Position numbers and translations under genes: made by a program
Assembly (NCBI GenBank): GCA_050506795.1
Contig: JBJHCF010000003.1
Coordinates: forward strand, 64,001 to 128,000
DNA length: 64,000 nt
Reading direction: 5' to 3'
Origin: Opitutia bacterium
Lineage (GTDB): Bacteria > Verrucomicrobiota > Verrucomicrobiia > Opitutales > T3Sed10-336
Notes under the pieces: generated by a model
Databases searched by the model: none
What the model was told of the DNA's origin: nothing
What the model saw: only the letters and a program-made list of their open reading frames with translations
Shown here: positions 31,901 to 41,223 of the stretch, in pieces
How positions within the stretch are numbered: the stretch's first letter is position 1
How the letters are laid out: each line of letters begins with the position of its first letter

Positions 31901-34441
31901 GGTCGCCGCCCCCGGTTCAAGCTGCAGGGTGGCCGATCCGAGGGCGAAATCCGGATCGATTGTCTCCCCGTTGAAACTCCAGTAGGCCATCAGGCTCAGT
32001 AGCGATGCGGTTTCGATCAGGGACGGAGTGCTCCAGTGCTCGCCGTCGAACCTGCGGGCGACGAGAACAGCGCCGGGAGCGACGGCCAACGGCGACGAGT
32101 AGGCCGGCACTGACGGCTGCCCTCCGGGGCCCCTGGGATCGCTGCCGTCCGAAGTGACATGGATTGTGTCCGCTTCGTCGGAAGAAAAGGCGACGGAGAC
32201 CTTGCCGGCTTCGCGATCGATTTCGAGGGAGGCGACCGGTGGTGAGGGCAGGAGGCCGCCGTCGAGGCGGCGGCGCTCCATCCAGGCGGCCCGGCGGGTG
32301 GTCCAGTCAATAATATGGGCGATTTCAGCACGGAAGGTTCCGCCCCAGGGAGGATTCTCGCTCCAGCGGGCGAAGTTTCGCCGGGCGGCGGAGCCGATTC
32401 CCCGGATGTCGCGGTCGATCTCGTCGGCCATTCCTTGAATCATCGCCGACAGGGACTCATCCGAGTAGACGGTGACCCGCATTTCCGCCCAACGGTCGTA
32501 AAAGGCCTGCTCGAAGTCGGGATCCTCGATCAGGATTTCCCACCAGTGGGGCGCGTGTTCCGGACGGTAGTCGAAATAGCGGGTGGCGTCACCGGTTCCG
32601 TGCCAGGTGTTCCATTCGTTGTCGCGGCTGTCGAACGATCCCATGGATCGGTCGAAATCCCAGACCGGACCGGCGGCCAGAGGGCGGTCCTGGGGTTTGT
32701 GGAAAAAGGCGCTGAGACGAAGGGCGTCGACGTTTTTGGTGAAGGCGTTGATGATCAAATGATCGACAAATGAATCCCGGTCGATGTAGCGGAGGTATTC
32801 CCGAGTGTCGAAACCCGACGCGTGATCTGTGTACAAGGCGTCTTCCATAGCCTGGACGTAGCGGGTGAGGTAATCGACCTGGAGCGAAGCGTTGGCTGCG
32901 GACGCGCTGTCGGAGTACGGCCCGCCATCCAGACTGTGCAGCTTGGGGCGGGAAAGCGTCAAGTGATGGTAGCCCGGCACTCCGCGATCGGTATTCCAGC
33001 GGTATTCGTCGGCCGCCGACCGGTCCGCCTTGAAGATGTAGCCCCCGGTGCAGGGACCTTCGCTCAGGGGCTCAATGGGTCCGTCCGGGGGCAGGACGTG
33101 GGAATCGACAACGTCCATTCCCAAACGATGGTCGCCTTGTTTGATGCGCTCGACCACGGCGTAATACCCCATGTAGTCGTCGGGGCTGCTGCCCAGGACT
33201 CCGCCATCGTGGTTGACATAGACCTCGGCGAAACGCGTTTCCGGCGCCCAGCGTCCCATGGCGCGCGACAGGTCGAATGCCAGTGAATTGCGGATACCGG
33301 CACGGTCGTACTGGTAGCCGTTATAAAGAATCCAGTCGGAATCCGCAGCCATACCCAGAAGAGGGAGTGACCGATCGTGGTCGGATTCGTCCCAGAGTTC
33401 GACCGAGTAGTGGCGTTTTGGCCAGCTGCGCGAGCTCGATCCGCGAAAGCGTAACCCCTGTCGGGTGGCCAGATCGGGAACGGACGACAGGTCGCTGATC
33501 CCGGAGCCGTCGCGGTCGAACAGCAGCAGGTAGCCGGCCACCCGCGGCGTGCCCAGCGGAGTGGTCTGGGTGTTCAATTCCTGGTTGCTGGCGCCATGGG
33601 CATCCATGACGATTATGGGGAGGTTGGACCGCTTGGCGGCCAGGGAAGGGGAGACCTGGATGAAGTGGCGGGTCTCGACCTCTCCGGTTGCACCGTGGGC
33701 GTCCGACACCCGGGCGCGCAGGGTCGTGGTCCTGTCGATAAGGAGCGGCGCCTCATAACGGAGACTGTTGATGTCCGGACGGGTGTTGTCGGTGGTGTAA
33801 TAGATTTCCTGGTCCGGAGCGGCTCCCGAGAGCGCGACGGTCAGGGATTCGGAAAAAAGCCGGGATTCGGAGGAAAAGGTTACGGTCTCCGGCAGGTGGT
33901 GGGTGCCGGGACCGCCGTTGGGCTTACCCGGGGTGGGCAGGGCAAAGAATACCCAGCTTTCGGTATCCGCGGCGGACCGGCCGAAGGAGACATCCCGGGG
34001 AATGGAGGTGGGAGGAATCTCGTCGACCCGAAGGCCGTCCGGCCGAGTCAGCAGGATCTCTTCCCCGTCGGAATCGATGCGGAAATTGGTGTGTGGGTGT
34101 CCTCCGGGCGAATCCGAGGCAGGGCGATCTTTGCCGGAGGCCCAGACCAGGAGAAATTCGCCGGGTTTCAAGGTGACTCCCGGGGAGAAGGTCCAGCGGA
34201 AAGGACGGTTGAAATCATCGGAAAGGCCCCAGCCGGAAAGATCGACCGGTGCGGAGCCGGGGTTGTGAAGCTCGATCCAATCCTCGTAATCTCCGTCCTC
34301 GTCAGCCAGGGTGGTGCCGTTGGAGGCCATGATCTCGTTGATCCAAACCCGCCCCTCGAGCGGAACACAGAGCACCAACAGGAGCGCGGCTATCGAAATG
34401 TGAAGAAAAGGGGACAAATTGGCTGCTGGCGACGGGATCAT
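28982..34441 (-). CDS. Secreted CotH-family kinase with lamin-tail domain, Fn3-associated domain, discoidin-like modules and shared C-terminal domain
   Basis: Signal peptide; LTD (INEIMASN...DWIELHN); CotH motifs RGSSSR, DSDWIL, RNSLAF, NVDALRLSAF, GPVWDFD; TANDA..RDP modules. Confidence 0.88.
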   Translation of the reverse strand: MIPSPAANLSPFLHISIAALLLVLCVPLEGRVWINEIMASNGTTLADEDGDYEDWIELHNPGSAPVDLSGWGLSDDFNRPFRWTFSPGVTLKPGEFLLVWASGKDRPASDSPGGHPHTNFRIDSDGEEILLTRPDGLRVDEIPPTSIPRDVSFGRSAADTESWVFFALPTPGKPNGGPGTHHLPETVTFSSESRLFSESLTVALSGAAPDQEIYYTTDNTRPDINSLRYEAPLLIDRTTTLRARVSDAHGATGEVETRHFIQVSPSLAAKRSNLPIIVMDAHGASNQELNTQTTPLGTPRVAGYLLLFDRDGSGISDLSSVPDLATRQGLRFRGSSSRSWPKRHYSVELWDESDHDRSLPLLGMAADSDWILYNGYQYDRAGIRNSLAFDLSRAMGRWAPETRFAEVYVNHDGGVLGSSPDDYMGYYAVVERIKQGDHRLGMDVVDSHVLPPDGPIEPLSEGPCTGGYIFKADRSAADEYRWNTDRGVPGYHHLTLSRPKLHSLDGGPYSDSASAANASLQVDYLTRYVQAMEDALYTDHASGFDTREYLRYIDRDSFVDHLIINAFTKNVDALRLSAFFHKPQDRPLAAGPVWDFDRSMGSFDSRDNEWNTWHGTGDATRYFDYRPEHAPHWWEILIEDPDFEQAFYDRWAEMRVTVYSDESLSAMIQGMADEIDRDIRGIGSAARRNFARWSENPPWGGTFRAEIAHIIDWTTRRAAWMERRRLDGGLLPSPPVASLEIDREAGKVSVAFSSDEADTIHVTSDGSDPRGPGGQPSVPAYSSPLAVAPGAVLVARRFDGEHWSTPSLIETASLLSLMAYWSFNGETIDPDFALGSATLQLEPGAATEFVFGTGQDFTGENSRLGFQVGEHLRVNNPVGAAITVEVPTSGYQNIVVRYEARRSGQGAGRQTVEYTLDGETFQTFRVIEVENGVPARHTFDFSDRPGAGDNPNFGLRITFEPGDGGTAGNNRFDNFTVEGLPLPGTNPPPVLVAILPNQEIIAGDSAPSIDLHQHFSHSGQLSFSAASGDESVATAEIAGHNLRVEGRSSGSTNLVITAANEDGIAVSQVIRVLVYPAPHRLAAGDYEFDFWSPSMQAGEYPAHMLFLQSDRNDPLLDDVLEYAYAIPESDAAQPVDVIYPYAAFSRTRINALGSDGISFINTGRGRDLGGALLALDTRDAADIDVSWLAATIQPNEREYALRLRYRIGAAGKWSDLFQDGRPLEYRRQAEAGHTEHFGPIRLPRLLENQPLVQLKWRYYFLSGSGPRAELRLDDIRVTSRERPAVDPSTPAFRYYRWTPLATRGSSSVQLSEFTFYHDGEDILESRRADQLKDLPDVLGPAPVSNESPANLVDGDLDTKWFGGSNPAPLIFDFGETTPMDAYMMWTANDAIDRDPVSWTLEGSNDENEWILLDRVQEFPTPTTRFTRFLETDAFNLPTGAIVSRFHIGQAPGHEFTVIRNGESVTLEWEAAFAATVSLHPDLGEVATSGSLEITPAENADTDFTLVAVGIDDEPRTATVKVRSREPHPHAYRFLRFDLPDYSALRDSGAGMVQLSRFFFYREGQPVEAVEVTNPKGNNPSAEGPANLLGDQDAKWLDFHGAHEEGSHLLFDFGTVVEIDSYQLGTANDAAGRDPVRWRLYGRNSEDEAWVLIENMTPDYPMPTARHTLTPVIPLPARPEVGPEIRTFNDWRNHNFSGDLRNDPAVSGPRAAPLGDGVSNLIKYAFGLDPALPAGGHNLPRPVVTGDTLRLTYPERIDADDLLYTPQTSSRLTDGWNTNGIREVPPRIPAGDNEFEWVTVEIELGGTPRAFLRIQVTLPE

Positions 34442-34966
34442 AGCCTCACGGGTCGGTGCTTTCGGCTCCGCGCAACGGCGGAAACGGATTCTTTGTATAC
34501 CTTTGCGGACGAATATTCGCTTCGTAACGACCGGTCACCGTAAAATTCATTCATCTAACTATAGCGCTTGGCAAGCCTGTGTTCGGTCGAAATATATAAA
34601 ACATATCGGAGCGAAAATAGGGTGCCGAGGATTCAGAGCATACAGGGAAACATCACTAAGGCAAACATTCAAGCTGCTGATTTATAAATATTAAAACCGT
34701 CGACCCCATTTAATTGTTAATTTCGTTCGTTGATTTTTCTTTGCGTCGCGAGTCTTTTTTGTTGCGTGACGATCCTGTATATATCAAAAGTAATTTCCAT
34801 TCAGTCGGTCCAGGGGTTCGGCGTGCCCCTCAACAGAACCATGACCTTACATACAGGATCTTTTTTTCTCCGTACTGCGCACCGGAAGGTGCAGTTGAAA
34901 GAGGTATTTTTCCTGTCGAATTCGGGCGGGCGTCACAGTCCGTCGTTACGTCGGGTAGGACGCGGC

Positions 34967-34998
34967 ATACCGGTTTTGGGACCGGTATTTTTTGTTTT
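34967..34998 (+). terminator. Terminator-like hairpin in the leader of the prepilin gene
   Basis: ataccggt-tttggg-accggtat followed by tttttgtttt, ~90 nt before ATG 35087. Confidence 0.45.
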
Positions 34999-35086
34999 GG
35001 GCGGTGGTAATCGGTCGACTCTTCGATTCGAAGGTCTTCGCGCAAACGAGCTGAAAGTATAATCGAGCAACCGTAGTTGATCCAGC

Positions 35087-35803
35087 ATGACAAATCGAGC
35101 GAGTAATTATTCCCCGGCGATCAAGCGGGGTTTCACTTTAATCGAACTCCTCACGGTGATAGCCATTATCGGCATCCTGGCGGCGATTCTCATTCCGGTC
35201 GTAAATCAGGTAAGGGACACGGCCCGCCGGGCGGTGTGTTCCTCGAATCTACGGCAGATTTCCCTGGCCATGATCATGTATGCCGATGATCACAATGGAA
35301 TTCTTCCCACCTCGGGGGACATGGACGCCCGTCCAACCGATTGGATTCAGTGGCGTGATGACGGGGAGTTTCACCGGTTGAGTGAAAGCGTCATTGTTCC
35401 CTATTTGGGCGGTCGGCTGGGAACGATGTTTTCCCCGGATATTTTCCGTTGTCCGTCTGACGAAAACATCGCCGAGAATCTCGGGAATCCCATCGGGGGA
35501 TGGGCGGCGTATTCCTACAGTTATACCATGAACATGGGGATCTCCGAGCGCAGTCAGTTGAACGGACGTTTGTACAACGTCAAGGATCCCACTCATATCA
35601 TCATGTTGGTGGAAGAAGGACGACCGAACGACAGCGGAGCCTATTTGAACAGCGATCTCGACTTCCTGACCGAGCGTCACGGGGGGAAGGGGCACGTTTC
35701 CTTCCTGGATGCCCATGTACGGCTGGTTTACCCGGAATTCGCCAAACACCCGTCAAACTGGGATCCGTTCTACACCGGCCGCCCGTACACGGGGCCGCGG
35801 TAA
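35087..35803 (+). CDS. Prepilin-type N-terminal cleavage/methylation protein with H-X9-DG-like C-terminal motif
   Basis: [60 protein letters not shown]. Confidence 0.93.
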   Translation: MTNRASNYSPAIKRGFTLIELLTVIAIIGILAAILIPVVNQVRDTARRAVCSSNLRQISLAMIMYADDHNGILPTSGDMDARPTDWIQWRDDGEFHRLSESVIVPYLGGRLGTMFSPDIFRCPSDENIAENLGNPIGGWAAYSYSYTMNMGISERSQLNGRLYNVKDPTHIIMLVEEGRPNDSGAYLNSDLDFLTERHGGKGHVSFLDAHVRLVYPEFAKHPSNWDPFYTGRPYTGPR

Positions 35804-35898
35804 CCTTGGTTCGTTCTCACGACCGGGTGGCAACGTTCCCCCCGGCCGCGGAGTCCGGCTTTTTTTTAAGTTCACACGATTCACCCAAAAACAGACCA

Positions 35899-38800
35899 AT
35901 GAAAAATAGATTCGAACCCAGTTCCCGAGCATGGGGCCTTATGGCGGCCGGAGCCGTCGCGGCTTCGACCCTGTGCGCACCTCTCTTCGCATCCGAAGCC
36001 GAACCGATACTCAACTTCGACGGAATCGAGAGTATTATTCAGACCGATCTGCATCCCGAAGACCTTGGCATCCAGGGAAACAATCCCAAAACGTTCGAAG
36101 CCTGGGCTTACACCCGGGCTTTCACCGAGGGAGGGGTTTTTCATGTCGGCACCTCGAACGCCGGTGAGGAATTCGCCCTGCGCACCCACGGGCTCAACGA
36201 CCGTTGGATGGCGCAGTTCTGGGGAAGCCCGGACCAGGTGTTTTCCGTGATCGGATCGAGCAACAACTGGACCCACTTCGCTTTTGTTTACGACGGGACC
36301 ACTCTGCGGGTTTACGCCAACGGCGAGGTTGTGGTTGACGAGGAAGTGGTGCTGGACACCCAGGGGGATGAATGGCCCCTTCGAATCGGCGCGTGGCGGG
36401 AACAGCATTTCAACGGTGCCATCCGTGATGTTCGGGTTTGGAACGTGGCTCGTACCCAGGCGCAGATCCAGGCGAACATGTCCGACACCTCTTCGCTGCC
36501 GCAGGCCAATCTGGTGGCCTGGTGGCCCTTGGATGAAGGGGAGGGGCGCGTTGCCAACGATGCTTCGGGCAACGGACGTCACGCCGATATTTTTGCCGCC
36601 CAATGGGAAGGGCATCAACTTGCCTACGACCCGGAGATCGAGGCCGACTTTGTCCTGGATTTTGGCGTCGGAGCCGGCCAGGCGAACGAGTCCGGACTGC
36701 TGCGCAATCGTGCGGATCATTTCTCTCTTGAGGACGATTCCCTCCGCATGACCAACACCACGGGCAACTTCATTTCCAGCGGCGCGGTGGCGTCCGTGAG
36801 CAACTACCAATCCGGACAGAGTTTTGTCCTGGAATCCGAGATCACCCTGACCGCTTTTCCGGATGTGCGCGCTTCCCGGCCGGGACTGATTGTACTGGGT
36901 GGGCCTCATGTTCCCCTGGAGCAGCCGTTTAATACCGGGGCGGACCAGAACTTTTACAGTGTATCCTTTTTTCCGGCTCTGCCTCCCGGAACAGTGACTT
37001 CGCTATTTCCTGCGATTGCGCCGGCCGGTGACTCGACCGCGGTGATCGCCATTTCCAACGGATTCAATGGTCCGTTCCTGGCGGCCCAACGTTGGGACGG
37101 TCGCCGTCCCGGGCCGGAGGCTTTGTTCGCCGACGATTTCGAAACTCCGGCCAACGATTCCCAATGGCAACGCGGCGGGCCGCAGGACAGCTGGGAGATC
37201 GGGAGCTTGGGATACCCGTCGGAAACCGTATTGCCGCCGGTGGAAGGCAGCACGCGGGTCGCCGCGACCAACCTGAACAGCCGCGTTTCCGAGAACTCGG
37301 AAGATTGGCTCCGTTCACCCGTGATCGACCTGACCGGGGTGGCGGCCGCGGAGGTCAGTTATCGCGAGGCCTTGTGGATTGATGATCACGTGGAAGACGG
37401 AGTGCAAGTTCACACCGCGACCGTTTCGGTAGTGGATGCCGACGGCAACTTTATCGCCCAACTGGCCCAGGACTGGGGCAACAGTGACGGCTGGCGGAAC
37501 CGATCGTTGAGCCTGCCGCCGGAAGCACTCGGTCAGCCGGTGCGGGTGGAGTTCCTGATGGTGACGGATAACTTCGCCATGAACGACCATTACGGCTGGA
37601 TCATCGACGACTTCGAGGTGAGCGCATTCTCTATGGAGCCGGGTGCGTTCGCCATGCGCGCCGAGGGCGCCTACGGGTTCGGCGGGGAGCTCACTCTTAC
37701 CATGACGCTTACCGATCTGGCCGATGCGGCGGAATACAGCCAATCCGTTTCGACCCATATCCTGAATCCGCGTGAAGGGAACCTTTTCGGGCTGGGAGGT
37801 CGCTTGCAGACCACCCCTTCGGGTGATCCGCAAATCGATTTCGCGAACCTCTCCATGACCCTGGTGGAGTCGCCGGAGTTGGTGCCGACAACGCCTGCGT
37901 CGGCGTTCTATTATCCGTTCGGCTCGGCGGGCACCCGGGTGAGTCCCGGAAATTTCGCCCTATATGCTGCGGAGGACTGGTCTCTGCAGTCCAATTCGCT
38001 GCAATTGACAGCAAGTCCGGCGGCGGAAAATTCACTGGCGGTTACCCGCGTCCGTGAATTCAGGCCGGGCAATGCGATTCACGTGGAATCCGACATCGTG
38101 CTGTCGAGCCTGAATGCCGGCGCCGCGGGCAATATTGGACTGGTCCTTTTCGGGCAGGAGGATTCGGCCGCATTCGATCCAAATGACAGCGGAACGTATT
38201 ACACGTTTCAATACATGGCCGACGCCAACGGCGGCAGCCGAATCGCGCTGAGGGAAGGGACTTCAGGCCCGATTCTTTATGAGTCTCCTTTTGCCGCGCC
38301 GGTCGAAGGAGCGACCTATCGCTTTGAGTTCACGGGAACTCCAAACGGGGACGGGGTTATCGACTTCACGGCCATCCTCTCCGCCGGCAACGGAGCCAAC
38401 GGAACGCTAAGTGGAGAGATACACGCTTCCATGGAAGGGCGCAACCGGTTCGGTTTCGGTTCCTCCCAGGGCGGCGGCGATGTCTGGGACGTCGTAAATT
38501 TCGGCGGCTACACCACGGTGGAGCAGGATGCGGAGTTCCAACTTTATCGTTGGACCCCCCTGCAGGTCAGAGGCGCCAGCAGCATCCAGATGTCCGAATT
38601 CACCTTCTTCTACCAGGGGACCGATATCCTGGAGGCCCGACGGGCGGCGGAACAACCGATGCCGACGGTGACGGGTTCTCACCCCATCGGTCACGAGGGT
38701 CCGCCCCAATTGGTGGACGGTGATACCGGGACGAAATGGTTCGGTAATGACACCTCGCAACCGGTGCTCTTCACCTTTGACGAGCCGGTGCAAATCGACG

Positions 38801-40872
38801 CCTACATGATGTGGACGGCCAACGACGCTCCTGATCGGGATCCGTTGAGCTGGCGTCTGGAAGGCAGTAACGACGGGTTTGACTGGGTGCTCCTTGATAC
38901 GGTCATGAATTTCCCGACACCGACAGACCGGTTTACTCGATTCATGGAAAGCGGCGAATTCGATCTGCCCACGGGAGCGTTGCTGAATGAATTCAATATC
39001 GGAGGCCTCCAGGGAGCCACCTTCCGGGTGGTCCGCAACGGTGAACCCTTTACCCTTGCATGGGATACGACCTTTGCCACGAGCGTCAGCATTCAGCCCG
39101 ATATCGGCCAGGTATCGGCGGCCGGAACGGTCGAGGTGACCGCTCCGGAGGATGATGAAACCGTCTACACGTTGACCGCTGTCGGCGCTGATGGCGCACC
39201 GCAGGTGGCGTCGGTAACGGTCCGTTCGGTGGCGGCTTCGGCACACACTTACCAGTATGTGCGTTTTGACCTGCCGGATGCCACTTCCCGCCGCGGCGCC
39301 GGAAACAGTATCCAATTGGCGCAGTTCCAATTCTATCTCGAGGGCGAGGAAGTTGTTCCGGTCGGGGTAAGCAACCCTGGGGGCAATACTCCGGCCAACG
39401 AACCGGTTTCAAACCTGTTGGTACCAAGCGGGAAATGGCTCGATTTCAACGGTGCAACCCGCATGCCGGGAGCCATTCAAGGCAGTCGCGTGGTCTTCGA
39501 TTTCGGTGAAACCGTATCCATCGACGGGTATCGTTTCGTGACCGCCAACGACGCTCCCGAACGCGATCCCGTGCGGTGGCGGCTTTGGGGGCGGAATGTG
39601 GAGACCGAGGATTGGACACTGATTGAGCACATGGCCGAGGCCTACCCGGTTCCGACGGCGCGAAACACGCCGACCCAGACGTTCCCGCTGGTTTCGGATC
39701 CGGTGCCAACCACCGGAGTGATCGATCGATTCAGCGTGGACCGGATTGGCGGCGAGGAAGTCAACAGCACCTTGTTCGCCATCGTATACGATGGAACCAC
39801 CGTGGGGCTCACCTGGGAAACGATCGGCACGACCAATGCCAGCATCAACCCGACTCCCGGAGCTGTCGATCCGAGTGGAACCAGCGATGTGCTGCCGCCG
39901 CAAAGCGCCAGCACCAACATCACGATTTCCGCTCCGCGCGACGGCGGTACGGATACGGCGACAGCCTGGGTTCGGTCGGTGCCGGAGGATCATTTCGAAT
40001 CGGTGCGTTATGTCCGTTTCGACATTCCGGGGAATGCGGCGCTGCGTAATCCGAACGAGAACAGTATTCAACTCTCGCGTTTCTTCTTCTATCGCAACGG
40101 AACCCGGGTGGATGCGATCAGTGTGAGTAATCCCGGGGGCGATACGCCCTCGGCCGAACCGGCCGGGAACCTGCTGGGCGACAGCGACTCCAAATGGCTT
40201 GATTTCAATCGAGCCAATGTGAACGACAGCCACCTGGTTTTCGACTTCGGCCAGGTGGTCGAAATCGATTCCTATCAGTTTGGGACGGCCAACGATTCCA
40301 ACGGACGCGACCCGTTGCGCTGGCGGCTGTATGGACGGGTCTCGGAGGAGGACGAATGGGAATTGATCGAGAATATGCCGGTGAATTATCCGGTTCCGAC
40401 CGCGAGATTGACCCTCACCAATATTATTCCACTCCCGGGTGCCGCTCTGGCGGTTCCCTCGGGCGCGTCGTTCGCCGACTGGCGTGAGACCTTCTTCGAA
40501 GGCGGCGATCAGACTGACGATACCGTTTCCGGTCCGCTGGCGACTCCGGCGGGCGACGGCGTCGCCAATCTGCTCAAATACGCATTCGGTCTGGATCCCT
40601 GGACTCCGGTAAGCGCGGCGGATATGCCGCAGCCGGAGGTGGACGGCGCGACCTTGCGTCTGACCTACCTCGAACGGGTCGGAGCAACCGATATCCTCTA
40701 CACGCCGCAGAGGTCCTACACCCTGGGCAATGACTGGGATACGCAGGGAATCCAGGAGGTGCCTCCGAGAGTTCCGGTCATGGAAGGCGAGTTCGAATGG
40801 GTCACCGTCGAACTGCCGTTGAACGGGGAAAGCAAAGCCTTCCTGCGGGTTCAAGTGCGGGCGCTGGATTAA
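35899..40872 (+). CDS. Giant secreted lectin-like protein: LamG, duplicated beta-sandwich with MAM-like insert, three discoidin-like modules, shared C-terminal domain
   Basis: Signal peptide from ATG 35899; LamG (TFEAW...WTHFAFVYDG...FNGAIRDVRVWN); three TAND..RDP..W.L.G modules. Confidence 0.87.
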   Translation: MKNRFEPSSRAWGLMAAGAVAASTLCAPLFASEAEPILNFDGIESIIQTDLHPEDLGIQGNNPKTFEAWAYTRAFTEGGVFHVGTSNAGEEFALRTHGLNDRWMAQFWGSPDQVFSVIGSSNNWTHFAFVYDGTTLRVYANGEVVVDEEVVLDTQGDEWPLRIGAWREQHFNGAIRDVRVWNVARTQAQIQANMSDTSSLPQANLVAWWPLDEGEGRVANDASGNGRHADIFAAQWEGHQLAYDPEIEADFVLDFGVGAGQANESGLLRNRADHFSLEDDSLRMTNTTGNFISSGAVASVSNYQSGQSFVLESEITLTAFPDVRASRPGLIVLGGPHVPLEQPFNTGADQNFYSVSFFPALPPGTVTSLFPAIAPAGDSTAVIAISNGFNGPFLAAQRWDGRRPGPEALFADDFETPANDSQWQRGGPQDSWEIGSLGYPSETVLPPVEGSTRVAATNLNSRVSENSEDWLRSPVIDLTGVAAAEVSYREALWIDDHVEDGVQVHTATVSVVDADGNFIAQLAQDWGNSDGWRNRSLSLPPEALGQPVRVEFLMVTDNFAMNDHYGWIIDDFEVSAFSMEPGAFAMRAEGAYGFGGELTLTMTLTDLADAAEYSQSVSTHILNPREGNLFGLGGRLQTTPSGDPQIDFANLSMTLVESPELVPTTPASAFYYPFGSAGTRVSPGNFALYAAEDWSLQSNSLQLTASPAAENSLAVTRVREFRPGNAIHVESDIVLSSLNAGAAGNIGLVLFGQEDSAAFDPNDSGTYYTFQYMADANGGSRIALREGTSGPILYESPFAAPVEGATYRFEFTGTPNGDGVIDFTAILSAGNGANGTLSGEIHASMEGRNRFGFGSSQGGGDVWDVVNFGGYTTVEQDAEFQLYRWTPLQVRGASSIQMSEFTFFYQGTDILEARRAAEQPMPTVTGSHPIGHEGPPQLVDGDTGTKWFGNDTSQPVLFTFDEPVQIDAYMMWTANDAPDRDPLSWRLEGSNDGFDWVLLDTVMNFPTPTDRFTRFMESGEFDLPTGALLNEFNIGGLQGATFRVVRNGEPFTLAWDTTFATSVSIQPDIGQVSAAGTVEVTAPEDDETVYTLTAVGADGAPQVASVTVRSVAASAHTYQYVRFDLPDATSRRGAGNSIQLAQFQFYLEGEEVVPVGVSNPGGNTPANEPVSNLLVPSGKWLDFNGATRMPGAIQGSRVVFDFGETVSIDGYRFVTANDAPERDPVRWRLWGRNVETEDWTLIEHMAEAYPVPTARNTPTQTFPLVSDPVPTTGVIDRFSVDRIGGEEVNSTLFAIVYDGTTVGLTWETIGTTNASINPTPGAVDPSGTSDVLPPQSASTNITISAPRDGGTDTATAWVRSVPEDHFESVRYVRFDIPGNAALRNPNENSIQLSRFFFYRNGTRVDAISVSNPGGDTPSAEPAGNLLGDSDSKWLDFNRANVNDSHLVFDFGQVVEIDSYQFGTANDSNGRDPLRWRLYGRVSEEDEWELIENMPVNYPVPTARLTLTNIIPLPGAALAVPSGASFADWRETFFEGGDQTDDTVSGPLATPAGDGVANLLKYAFGLDPWTPVSAADMPQPEVDGATLRLTYLERVGATDILYTPQRSYTLGNDWDTQGIQEVPPRVPVMEGEFEWVTVELPLNGESKAFLRVQVRALD

Positions 40873-40903
40873 GGTAGGTCAGCGGCACAGGCAATTCAAT
40901 CAG

Positions 40904-40940
40904 AGGCCCCCGGCGTAGATCGCCGGGGGCCTTTTTTATT
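40904..40940 (+). terminator. Rho-independent terminator
   Basis: aggcccccggcg-tagat-cgccgggggcct followed by tttttatt. Confidence 0.9.
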
Positions 40941-41033
40941 GCCTATGCGGAATCGAAAGGCTTCTTAATCCGGCCTCTGGAGGCCTCGTGAAAAAGGATA
41001 TCCGATCGACGATCTGAAATTTGAGACTATTCG

Positions 41034-41223
41034 GAATGCCACTCGGTTAAGGCGGTGTATAGTTCGACGAAGCGAAAAATAAAGCGGAAATTTGACTCAC
41101 ACGGAGCCACAAAGTCACGGAGATTTTTACAGGACCCACCTCCGTGAGCTCCGTGGCTCCGTGTGAGAACCTTCACCGTTCAGCAACGCTCATTCGGTCA
41201 ATGACCTTAACCGAGTGCCATTC
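41034..41223. mobile_element. MITE with 19-bp terminal inverted repeats and a perfect 10-bp target-site duplication
   Basis: TIRs gaatgccactcggttaagg (41034-41052) / ccttaaccgagtgccattc (41205-41223), 1 mismatch; agactattcg at both 41024-41033 and 41224-41233; no transposase. Confidence 0.85.

Noticed and set aside
34874..34896. CCGGAAGG hairpin as SRP (4.5S) RNA
   Set aside because: It lacks the CAGG/AGCAG internal loops and long flanking stem of SRP RNA helix 8.
35500..35898. Upstream extension of the 1790-aa ORF overlapping the pilin gene
   Set aside because: The signal peptide begins at ATG 35899, and the extension crosses the pilin CDS and an intergenic T-run.
38536..40440. Repeated modules as DGR template/variable repeats
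   Set aside because: The copies diverge at all base types, are all coding, and there is no reverse transcriptase in the window.
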